A stretch of DNA of 64,000 nt from Oscillospiraceae bacterium (GTDB lineage Bacteria; Bacillota; Clostridia; Christensenellales; QALW01): NCBI GenBank assembly GCA_022009755.1, contig CP091722.1, forward strand, positions 852,772 through 916,771, written 5' to 3'. A program made the translations under genes and the position numbers. The notes under the pieces were generated by a model. It worked only from the letters and a program-made list of their open reading frames with translations, had not been told where the DNA came from and ran no database searches. Shown piece after piece: positions 55,959-64,000 of the stretch (position 1 is its first letter; each line of letters opens with the position of its first letter).

Positions 55959-58900
55959 ATGAACAGGCTTATAAAAGAATTCAAAGAACCCGGCGCCGCC
56001 TTCCGCGGCAAGCCCTTTTGGAGCTGGAACGGCTTGCTTAACCAAGAAGAACTCAAGCGTCAGATAGATGTGATGCAGCAGATGGGTATGGGCGGATATT
56101 TCTGTCACTCCCGCACCGGCCTTGAAACCGAATACCTCGGCAGGGAATGGTTCGAGCTTATAAACGCCTGCGCCGAAAAGGGCCGCAAATGCGGCATGGA
56201 AACATGGCTCTACGACGAGGACCGCTGGCCGAGCGGCACCGCAGGCGGAATGGTAACCGAAAACCCGGATTTCCGCATAAAATATCTGCGCCTTAACATA
56301 TGCACCGCGCAGGACTTTGCCTGGAGCAACGGCATTATTGCCGCTTTTTCCGTGCAGCTTAACGGTCAGAGCTTCACCGATAAGCAACAGCTTGCACAAA
56401 ACGAAACCGATAGCCGCCCGGGGCGTTCCGTGCTTTATTTCACCTCCGAGGAAATGACGCCCTACTCCTTCTACAACGGACAGACCTATGCGGACACCAT
56501 GAACCCCGAGGCCACCAAGGAGTTTTTGCGCATAACCCACGAGCAGTATGCAAAAAACTGCGCCAAAAATATAAACAACGGCTCCATATACGGCATATTC
56601 ACCGATGAGCCCCATCACGGCGGCATAATGTGCGGCTTTGCCCTTCAGAACCCCGACGGCAACAACCTTACCCCCATGCCAAAGGATCTTTTTGAGCAGT
56701 TTTCCGAAAGATTCGGCTATTCTCTCAAGGACAATCTGCCCGAGCTTTTCCTAAAGCCGGACGGCTGCGATGTCAGCCGGGTAAAATGGCACTACTGCGA
56801 GCTGCTGTGCAGCCTGTTTGTTAAAAACTATCTTACGCCCATACAGTCATGGTGTCACGAGCACGGGCTGATATTCACCGGTCATCTGCTCCATGAGGAC
56901 AACCTCGCCGCACAGACCGCCGTAAACGGCTCCATGCAGCGCGGCTATGAGCATATGGACGCTCCCGGAGTAGATGTTCTGTGGGAGAACAATTTCAACC
57001 GCAACATAGTAAAACAGCTCCAAAGCGCGGGAAGGCAGTTCGGCAAGAAAACGCTGCTCAGTGAGCTCTACGGCTGCACCGGCTGGCAGATGACCTTCCA
57101 AAACCACAAAGCGGTAGGCGACTGGCAAAGCCTGTACGGCATAAACCTGCGCTGTCAGCACCTTTCCTGGTACACCATGAAGGGTGAGGCCAAGCGCGAT
57201 TATCCGGCAAGCATATTCTATCAAAGCCAGTGGTATCCCCAATACAAATATGTTGAGGATTACTATGCCCGCCTTAATGTTATAAAGCAGGACGGCACGC
57301 CGGTATGCGACACGCTTATCATGTCCCCCGTTGAGAGCCTGTGGGCAACGGTGCATCCCGGCTGGTGCGGCTTCTTCTCCGCACAGGATGCCGCCGCGCA
57401 GGAGGTGGAGCAGGGCTATACCGAGCTTTACCGTCTGCTTGAAAGCCGCCACATCGACTACGACTTCGGCGATGAGGAGCAAATGTCCCGCCTTTGCAGC
57501 ATAAGCACCGACGAGCACGGCGCGCTGCTCGCTCTGGGTCAGGCCCGGTACCGCACCCTTATCATCCCCAAATGCATCACCGTGCGCCGCTCTACGCTGA
57601 ATATTGCCCGGCAGTTTGCCTCTGCCGGCGGAAAGGTCATATTCCTTTGCCGTCCGGAATATATCGACGCCGTGCCGTCGCACGATGCCCAAAGCCTTCC
57701 CGGCGCCGCTTACTGCACACCGGGCGAAGGCCTTGTAAAGCTGCTTGACAAAAACCCCTATATTGATATTTCCTGCCCGGATGTCGCTCTTCAGACTCTT
57801 GTGCGCAGCGACGGCATCGTGTTCATAATGATGAATCTTGACCGCGAAAACACCAAAAAGGATGTGCGCATAAAAATAAACAAGCCCGGCTTTGCGGAAA
57901 AATGGGATGTGCGAAGCGGCGATATAACCCTTGCAGCAAGCGGCGATTCCCCCGAGCTTACCATAGATTTTGCCCCCTGTGAGGAGCTTGTGCTTTTCCT
58001 TAAGGAAAAAAGCCACGCCCCCGCCGCAGCGCATTTTACCCCGGTTGCCCGCCATATCCCCGCCGAGGATTTTGCCTATTGCCTAACGGAGCCCAACATT
58101 GCCGTATTGGACTGTGCGCGCTGGCAGCTTGACGGCGGCGATGAGCAGCCCTGCACCGAGATTCTCAAGCTGGACCGCGCCGTCCGTTCAAAGCTCGGTA
58201 TCCCTTGGCGCAACGGCGAAATGCTTCAGCCTTGGTTCAAGCATAAGCACGGCCTTGATACCGCCGGCCCCTGCGCCCCTCTTGAGATGAATTTCGATTT
58301 TGAAATTGACGATCTTTCCGCAATAATCGGACAGGTCAGCCTTATGCTGGAATCCCGCGAAAGCTTCGGAGTGTTTATAAACGGCGCCCCCCTTGAAAGC
58401 CGCCCCCTTGACGGCATTTATATCGACCCCTGCTTTACGCGCCTGCCCATAGATACGCATCTGCTCAGGCAGGGCGTAAATACCGTCACCCTGAAGGCCA
58501 TGTTCCGCGACAGCCTCGATCTTGAAGCCATATATCTTCTGGGCAGCTTCGGTGTGCGTACCGAGGGCTGCAGATGCATAATAATTCTCCTGCCCCGCAA
58601 GCTGCACCTTGGCAGCTTAAACGATCAGGGTCTGCCCTTCTATTCCGGCGCCGTGGATTATCTTCTGCCCCCCATGCACGCAGAAGGCAGCCATGTATTC
58701 CTTACCGCACCCCGGTTTGAAGGCGCATGCATCACCGTGCACGGAAACGGCCGGGAAAAAACCATCGCTTTTGCCCCCTACCGTGAGGATATCACCTCCC
58801 TTGTGGGCGACGATATGTTCCTGCGCCTGCACCTTACCCGCCGCAACACCTTCGGTCCGCTGCATGTCAATCCGCCGCGCCAAGGCAATTACGGACCTGA

Positions 58901-58997
58901 TACCTTCCTTACGCAGGGAAAGGATTTCCTCTATGATTCCTATTCCCTCATCGACAACGGTCTGCTTGCCCCCATTGAGCTGGAAGTAGCCGAGTAA
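55959..58997 (+). CDS. large cytoplasmic glycoside-hydrolase-like protein, family unassigned (possibly GH106-like rhamnosidase type)
   Basis: Uninterrupted 1012-aa ORF with no signal peptide. The N-terminal FRGKPFWSWNGLLNQEELKRQIDVMQQMGMGGYFCHSRTGL pattern recalls large jelly-roll/TIM hydrolases. The family call is from memory only. Confidence 0.55.
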   Translation: MNRLIKEFKEPGAAFRGKPFWSWNGLLNQEELKRQIDVMQQMGMGGYFCHSRTGLETEYLGREWFELINACAEKGRKCGMETWLYDEDRWPSGTAGGMVTENPDFRIKYLRLNICTAQDFAWSNGIIAAFSVQLNGQSFTDKQQLAQNETDSRPGRSVLYFTSEEMTPYSFYNGQTYADTMNPEATKEFLRITHEQYAKNCAKNINNGSIYGIFTDEPHHGGIMCGFALQNPDGNNLTPMPKDLFEQFSERFGYSLKDNLPELFLKPDGCDVSRVKWHYCELLCSLFVKNYLTPIQSWCHEHGLIFTGHLLHEDNLAAQTAVNGSMQRGYEHMDAPGVDVLWENNFNRNIVKQLQSAGRQFGKKTLLSELYGCTGWQMTFQNHKAVGDWQSLYGINLRCQHLSWYTMKGEAKRDYPASIFYQSQWYPQYKYVEDYYARLNVIKQDGTPVCDTLIMSPVESLWATVHPGWCGFFSAQDAAAQEVEQGYTELYRLLESRHIDYDFGDEEQMSRLCSISTDEHGALLALGQARYRTLIIPKCITVRRSTLNIARQFASAGGKVIFLCRPEYIDAVPSHDAQSLPGAAYCTPGEGLVKLLDKNPYIDISCPDVALQTLVRSDGIVFIMMNLDRENTKKDVRIKINKPGFAEKWDVRSGDITLAASGDSPELTIDFAPCEELVLFLKEKSHAPAAAHFTPVARHIPAEDFAYCLTEPNIAVLDCARWQLDGGDEQPCTEILKLDRAVRSKLGIPWRNGEMLQPWFKHKHGLDTAGPCAPLEMNFDFEIDDLSAIIGQVSLMLESRESFGVFINGAPLESRPLDGIYIDPCFTRLPIDTHLLRQGVNTVTLKAMFRDSLDLEAIYLLGSFGVRTEGCRCIIILLPRKLHLGSLNDQGLPFYSGAVDYLLPPMHAEGSHVFLTAPRFEGACITVHGNGREKTIAFAPYREDITSLVGDDMFLRLHLTRRNTFGPLHVNPPRQGNYGPDTFLTQGKDFLYDSYSLIDNGLLAPIELEVAE

Positions 58998-59020
58998 CAC
59001 ATTAACAAAAGCATAACGGG

Positions 59021-59056
59021 AGCCGCGAAAAAGCTTTTTCGCGGCTTCTGCTTTTT
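59021..59056. terminator. terminator after the hydrolase gene
   Basis: Perfect palindrome AGCCGCGAAAAAG / CTTTTTCGCGGCT, then a T5 run at 59052-59056. Confidence 0.7.
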
Positions 59057-59060
59057 GTAA

Positions 59061-59102
59061 AAAGAAAAGGTGCATCCCACAATTATGCGGAAAATGCACC
59101 TT
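59061..59102 (-). terminator. terminator after pgi
   Basis: AAGGTGCAT / ATGCACCTT 9-bp stem, followed on the minus strand by TTCTTTT. Confidence 0.55.
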
Positions 59103-59142
59103 TGCGAAAAAAATCATTATTACTTACAGTGTTTTATGATTT

Positions 59143-60550
59143 TCAAATTATAAATTTGGGATCTCTTGCGGGACGCGCGTCCAGCTCCGCCTTCTTCTCC
59201 TCATAGCCGGGGCGGCCAAGCAGCGCGTAGGTGGCGTTTTTGCCCTCCTCCACGCCGGGCTGGTCAAAGGTATTTATATCAAGCATAGTGCCCTCGTATG
59301 CCGTTTCCAGCTCAAAGAAGTACAGCAGCTGTCCCACCGTAAAGGCATTCACCTCAGGCACGGTTATGGTGTGGCTGAGCTTACCGCTTTTCATAACGGC
59401 ATACTCCGTAGCCGACTGCTCCGCCTTTATCAGCTCCTGCATGGTGTGCCCGCACAGGAAATTCACCGCCGGAATATCCTCGCAGCCCTGCGGAATGGTC
59501 ACATCGGTGCGGTATTTGTCCACTGCCAGGAAGGTTATCACCTTGTCAAACGGTCCCTCGGTATACAGCTGTATCTGGCTGTGCTGATCGGTAACGCCCA
59601 GCGCCTTTACAGGGGTCTGACCGGCAAACCTCGCTGCCGCTGTTGGAATAGCGCTTGCCCAGGCTTTCGCCCCAAAGCTGGCAGTACCAGTCCGCAATAT
59701 ATTTAAGGCTGTCCGCATAGGGCATCATAACCGATATGTTGCAGCCCTTGCCCATGGCGATATACTGCATCGCTGCCGCCATAAGCGCCGGGTTTTTGTA
59801 TATATCGCCGCTTGCGCACATTTGGTCGGCAAATTTTGCACCCTCCAGCAGCTCGCGGATATCAATTCCGCACACCGCCGCAGCCAGCAGCCCCACCGGG
59901 CACAGCTCGCTGAAGCGTCCGCCCACTCCGTCCGGAATGATAAACGCACGGTAGCCCTCGCTTTTTACAAGCTTAATAAGATTGCCGCGGTCCGCCGATG
60001 TCGTGGCTACAATATGCTCCTTCGCCCTGTCGCCCAGACGCTTTTTAAGAATATCGCATATCACAAGATACTGCGTCATGGTCTCGCTCGTGCTGCCCGA
60101 TTTTGTAATAACATTAAAGCATGCGGTTTCCGGGTTCACCACATCCAGCAGCGCCTCCATGCGCTCCGGATCCACATTATCCTCCACATACAGCCGGGGC
60201 CCGCCGCGCTTTTCCGCAGGCAGCTCGTTATAGTGCAGATGATTCAGCGCCTGCTGCACCGCAATGGGGCCCAGCGCACTGCCGCCTATTCCCAGCACCA
60301 CAAAGCTTTCAAAGCCTTCGCGTATGCGCTTTGCCTCCTTCAGCAGCTCGCATACAACCTCCTCCTGATTATACGGCAGCTCGCTCCAGCCTGTCATGCC
60401 GGTGCCGCGGTTTGCCTGAAAGCTTTCAAACGCCTCGCGCGCCTTGCCCGACACCGCCTCAAGCTCCGCCTGAGAAATGCCGTGCTCCCCCACAAAGGTG
60501 TCCATCATATTGTTTACATCAAGGCGCAATCTCATTTTTTCTCTGTCCAT
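59143..60550 (-). CDS. pgi: glucose-6-phosphate isomerase; one frame break
   Basis: Pieces 59546-60550 and 59143-59718, break near 59630. Motifs VVLGIGGSALGP, ITKSGSTSET and GQTPVKALGVTDQHSQIQLY. Confidence 0.9.
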
Positions 60551-60590
60551 TTTTCTCTTCCTTTCTTTAAGAAAGCTGCTTCCTTTAATA

Positions 60591-60680
60591 TTTTTATCGT
60601 TTTTTTAACGCATTTTTTTATATGGTTTTTTTGCGCATTTTTTTATGCGTTTTTTTATACGCTTTTTTACACTGTTTTTT
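60591..60680. repeat. periodic oligo-T (oligo-A on coding strand) array in the dapL-pgi spacer
   Basis: T6-T7 runs start at 60600, 60613, 60626, 60638, 60650, 60663 and 60675 (period 12-13 nt), separated by short GC-containing pentamers or hexamers. Confidence 0.75.
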
Positions 60681-60768
60681 CATCTTTCGTGCGCTCTCAG
60701 GCGATGCCGTCATGCCCCGAGTCACGGCTGCTTTTGCGCCCTTCTTGCGCTTGCATGTGCAGCCGCTT

Positions 60769-61956
60769 TCAGCCCTTAAGGCCTTCACAGAGGCATTTTA
60801 TGCGCTGGGAAGCCTCTTTTGTGCGCTGCGCATCGCCGAATGCGGTAAGCCGGAAAAAGCCCTCGCCGTTGCGCCCGAAGCCCGCCCCCGGCGTTCCCAC
60901 CACATTTGCTTTTTCAAGCAGCACATCAAAAAACTCCCACGAAGTAAGCCCTCCGGGGCATTTAAGCCAGATATACGGCGAATTTACGCCCCCGGTAAAC
61001 CATATGCCGCACTGCGACAGCGCACTTGCTATAACCCCGGCATTCTTTTTGTAATAGCCTATGTTTTCCTTTATCTGTTTTTGTCCCTCGGGGCTGAACA
61101 CCGCCGCAGCGCCCTTCTGCACTATATAGGGCACACCGTTGAATTTTGTAGTCTGACGGCGCAGCCACATTTTATTAAGCTTCATTCCGCCGCGCTCAAG
61201 CTCCTTGGGTACTACGGTGTAGCCGCAGCGCGTGCCGGTAAAGCCCGCTGTTTTTGAAAAAGAGCAGAACTCTATTGCGCAGCTGCGCGCTCCGGGTATC
61301 TGATATACGGAGGTGGGAAGATCCCCGGAAACAAACGCCTCATATGCTGCATCAAACAGCAGCACGGCGCCGTTTTTGTTTGCATAATCCACCCACGCTT
61401 TAAGCTGCTGCGCGTTGTAAACCGCGCCGGTGGGATTATTTGGCGAGCATATGTATATAATATCCGCCTTTACGTTTTCATCGGGCATGGGCAAAAAACC
61501 GTTCTGCTCATTTGCATCGGCATAAATTATTCTGCGCCCCGCCATAAGGTTGGTATCCACATAAACGGGATATACCGGGTCCGGCACAAGCACCGAATTA
61601 TCCGTATCAAAAAGATCCAGTATGTTGCCAAGGTCGCTCTTTGCGCCGTCGCTTACAAATATCTCATCCTGCTCAAGGCTTACGCCCTTTGAGGCGTAAT
61701 AGTCTGCCAGGGCGCTGCGCAGAAAATCATAGCCCTGCTCCGGGCCGTAGCCGCGGAAGGTCTCCTTGACCCCCATCTGGCTTACCGCCTCATGCATTGC
61801 ATCGCACACGGCGCTGCACAGCGGAAGCGTTACATCGCCTATACCCAAACGGATTATATCCGCCTGCGGATTCGCCTTTGAATTCTTCACCCGCGATGCT
61901 ACCTCGGAAAAAAGATAGCTTTCCTTAAGTGATGCGTAATTCTCGTTTATTTTCAT
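60769..61956 (-). CDS. dapL: LL-diaminopimelate aminotransferase
   Basis: MKINENYASLKESYLFSEV, IRLGIGDVTLPL and PLP-lysine region SFSKTAGFTGTR. Confidence 0.85.
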   Translation of the reverse strand: MKINENYASLKESYLFSEVASRVKNSKANPQADIIRLGIGDVTLPLCSAVCDAMHEAVSQMGVKETFRGYGPEQGYDFLRSALADYYASKGVSLEQDEIFVSDGAKSDLGNILDLFDTDNSVLVPDPVYPVYVDTNLMAGRRIIYADANEQNGFLPMPDENVKADIIYICSPNNPTGAVYNAQQLKAWVDYANKNGAVLLFDAAYEAFVSGDLPTSVYQIPGARSCAIEFCSFSKTAGFTGTRCGYTVVPKELERGGMKLNKMWLRRQTTKFNGVPYIVQKGAAAVFSPEGQKQIKENIGYYKKNAGVIASALSQCGIWFTGGVNSPYIWLKCPGGLTSWEFFDVLLEKANVVGTPGAGFGRNGEGFFRLTAFGDAQRTKEASQRIKCLCEGLKG

Positions 61957-62028
61957 ATTACCTTCCCTTCCGGTCCGCCTGTCCGCGCCTTCCCCTGCGT
62001 GCCCGGCTGCCGTATGTTATTTATGCAT

Positions 62029-62865
62029 TATACCTCAACGGTGCCCTCAAACACCTTCTGCGCCCCTCCCGTCATAAACACGGCGTCATCGGTATATACT
62101 ATTTCCAGCTCTCCTCCGCGCAGCAGCAGCCTGATCCTTGCGCCCTTTGCAATAGCCGTTTTCCACTGCCGCCACCGCTGCGGCGCAGGCTCCGGTCCCG
62201 CAGGCCCATGTCTCGCCGCTGCCCCGTTCCCACACTCTCATTTTAAGCGTGTTTTCATTTATTATCTGAACAAATTCCGTGTTTACACGCTCGGGAAACA
62301 GCTTGCAGTTTTCAAACTGCGGACCGATTTTTTCAATTTCTATGCTGTCCGTATCCTTAACAAATACCACGCAGTGCGGATTGCCCATGGAAACACAGGT
62401 GATGTCATACACTCCGTCGCCTATGGCCACCTCCCGTCCTATGATACTTTTGCCTTCAAGATTTACCGGGATTTTTGCAGGGTCAAGCTCTGCAGTCCCC
62501 ATATTCACTCTTGCGGCATAAGCCACTCCGTTATCGGCAAAAATCCTGATGGTTTTTATACCGCTTAGCGTTTCCAGCGTTATTTCTTCCTTTTTGGCAT
62601 AGCCGTTATCATAGAGAAATTTGCCCACGCACCGTGTGGCATTGCCGCACATTTTACCCTCGCTGCCGTCGGCGTTAAACATGCGCATTTTTGCATCGGC
62701 TGTCTCGGAGGGGCATATAAGCACTATACCATCTCCTCCTATGCCGAAATGGCGGTCGCTCAGCCGCACAGCCAGCTTCTCCGGCTCCGGCACGCTCTGC
62801 CGGAAGCAGTCAAAATAGATATAATCGTTGCCGCAGCCGTGCATTTTTGTAAATTCAAGCTTCAT
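62029..62865 (-). CDS. dapF: diaminopimelate epimerase; one frame break near the 3' end
   Basis: HGCGNDY, catalytic Cys motifs GNATRC and ACGTGA. Removing one G near 62150 restores KGARIRLLLRGGELEIVYTDDAVFMTGGAQKVFEGTVEV with the stop at 62029. Confidence 0.9.
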
Positions 62866-62941
62866 ACATTTTCTCCTTCCCAAGGGATATTCAACGGACA
62901 AAGCATCAGCCGCAGCCGTGCTTTTTCCGTTTTGCTTCTAT

Positions 62942-62970
62942 ATTATAACAGCACTTGCCGCGATTGAAAA
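62942..62970 (-). promoter_or_regulatory. candidate promoter of dapF-dapL
   Basis: Minus strand: TTTTCA, 17-nt spacer, TGtTATAAT (-10 at 62942-62947). Confidence 0.35.
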
Positions 62971-63270
62971 CCGTTTAAGCCGTAAAAAGCGTTATTTTTT
63001 TACACAGACTGCGTTTTCTTGATTTTTCATACCGTCTGCACCTCCCTTTCGCCTGCGATGCTTTGTTTATGCATCCGCCGCATACTGCCTTTTGTTTTGC
63101 CCGGCAGCGGGCAAAACAGACGCAGGACAAAAAACTGCACATTTTCGGTATCGGCGCGATTTTTCTTAATAAAATTAAGTAAAGACCGCATTTTGCACAT
63201 TTTATTTCAAAATTACGCCTGAAAACGAACATTATTGCGCAATTTCACTAATAATATTAGCAGAAACCAT

Positions 63271-63299
63271 TTGACGGTCCGCCTTATCCGGCATATACT
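63271..63299 (+). promoter_or_regulatory. candidate sigma-A promoter of glnA
   Basis: TTGACG (63271-63276), 17-nt spacer, TATACT (63294-63299). Confidence 0.45.
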
Positions 63300-63310
63300 A
63301 CCTGCATAAA

Positions 63311-63339
63311 GATTCGCCGCAGGGCGAATTCGTATTTTT
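63311..63339 (+). promoter_or_regulatory. terminator-like hairpin inside the glnA leader
   Basis: GATTCGCC-GCAG-GGCGAATT stem-loop, then CGTATTTTT. A second hairpin CCGGG-TTCACCG-CCCGG (63341-63357) abuts the GGAGG RBS. Confidence 0.4.
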
Positions 63340-63370
63340 ACCGGGTTCACCGCCCGGGCAGGAGGAATAA

Positions 63371-64000
63371 ATGAGCAACCCCACCGAAATATTCGGCAGC
63401 ATGGTTTTCAACGACGAGGTAATGCGGGAAAAGCTTCCCAAGGAAATATACAAAACCCTTAAGACAAACATAAAGAACAATCAGCCCCTTGAACGCAGCG
63501 TGGCAAACGCGGTGGCCACAGCCATGAAGGATTGGGCCGTGCAAAAGGGCGCTACACACTATACACATTGGTTTCAGCCTATGACAGGCATAACCGCCGA
63601 AAAGCACGACAGCTTCATCGCTCCGATAGACGACGGCAGCTCGGTTATACTGGAATTCTCCGGCAAGGAGCTTATAAAGGGCGAGCCCGATGCGTCCAGC
63701 TTCCCCTCCGGCGGGCTGCGCGCCACGTTCGAAGCCCGCGGCTATACTGCGTGGGATCCCTCCTCCTATGCCTTTATAAAGGACAACACCCTTTGCATAC
63801 CCACGGCCTTCTGCTCCTACGGAGGAGAGGCGCTGGATAAAAAAACCCCGCTGCTGCGCTCCATGGAGGCCATAAACAAGCAGGCTTTGCGCGTGCTTAC
63901 GCTTTTCGGCAACAGCGATGTGACCTCGGTGTTCCCCACCGTAGGCGCAGAGCAGGAATACTTTCTTGTGGATAAACAGTATTATGACAAACGCAAGGAC
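63371..64000 (+). CDS. glnA: type III glutamine synthetase, 5' part (runs off the window)
   Basis: ATG 63371 after [36 protein letters not shown]...[11 protein letters not shown]...[16 protein letters not shown] is typical of type III GS N-termini. Open to the window end. Confidence 0.85.
   Translation, partial: MSNPTEIFGSMVFNDEVMREKLPKEIYKTLKTNIKNNQPLERSVANAVATAMKDWAVQKGATHYTHWFQPMTGITAEKHDSFIAPIDDGSSVILEFSGKELIKGEPDASSFPSGGLRATFEARGYTAWDPSSYAFIKDNTLCIPTAFCSYGGEALDKKTPLLRSMEAINKQALRVLTLFGNSDVTSVFPTVGAEQEYFLVDKQYYDKRKD

Noticed and set aside
60591-60680. Regularly spaced repeat array that might be taken for a CRISPR-like locus.
   Set aside because: The period is only 12-13 nt, the repeat is just a T run, there are no spacer-sized unique segments, and there are no cas genes in the window.
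63341-63357. GUUCACC in the glnA leader, reminiscent of the conserved core of the glutamine (glnA-motif) riboswitch.
   Set aside because: The leader is too short. It lacks the other conserved segments and the three-stem architecture as far as I can recall them.

Overview
This 64-kb window is ordinary core chromosome from a spore-forming, moderately GC-rich Firmicute. The spoIIAA-spoIIAB-sigF-spoVAC/AD/AE cluster, dapL plus dapF, and a type III glutamine synthetase suggest a Clostridia / Oscillospiraceae-like organism; that taxonomic guess is inference only.

Gene content, left to right:
- rsmA, an XRE-type HTH protein, and pfkA.
- A lipoprotein, a GpsA-like ORF running in frame into an MGMT-like domain, and a large polytopic membrane protein.
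- A TIM-barrel sugar-phosphate isomerase, an uncharacterised repeat protein, and a RumA-type rRNA methyltransferase.
- A cell-wall block: class A PBP, ddl and murF.
- An alpha/beta hydrolase, then rimI-tsaB-tsaE.
- A 0.9-kb gap with no clear gene.
- thiI, iscS and a coupled membrane protein.
- A GH25 lysozyme, a cytidine-deaminase-fold protein and an esterase.
- The spoVA and spoIIA/sigF operons.
- radC, an MBL hydrolase, queA-ruvB-ruvA-ruvC, an HTH-membrane protein and a DegV protein.
- The complete S10-spc-alpha ribosomal protein cluster, rpsJ through rplQ, on the minus strand. It includes secY, adk, map, infA, rpmJ and rpoA.
- A 1012-aa glycoside-hydrolase-like protein, pgi, dapL, dapF and the 5' end of glnA.

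I found no rRNA, tRNA, CRISPR array, transposase, integrase, prophage gene or recognisable defence gene.

The dominant feature is technical. About 27 single-base frame breaks interrupt 24 otherwise intact genes, including essential ones (rplB, rplQ, rplX, rpsN, secY, adk, map). Every junction I could reconstruct sits in a homopolymer run. This points to consensus indel error rather than real pseudogenes, so I report broken genes as single merged CDSs.

I did not find a convincing novel multi-gene system. The best leads are modest:
- an orphan promoter-to-terminator unit at 21.3-22.2 kb carrying a hairpin that recurs at 39.6 kb;
- periodic oligo-A/T arrays upstream of spoVAE and pgi;
- long structured leaders for the S10 and alpha operons;
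- a MurF with a membrane domain at its N-terminus;
- a possible GpsA-MGMT fusion;
- a tail-anchored repeat protein.
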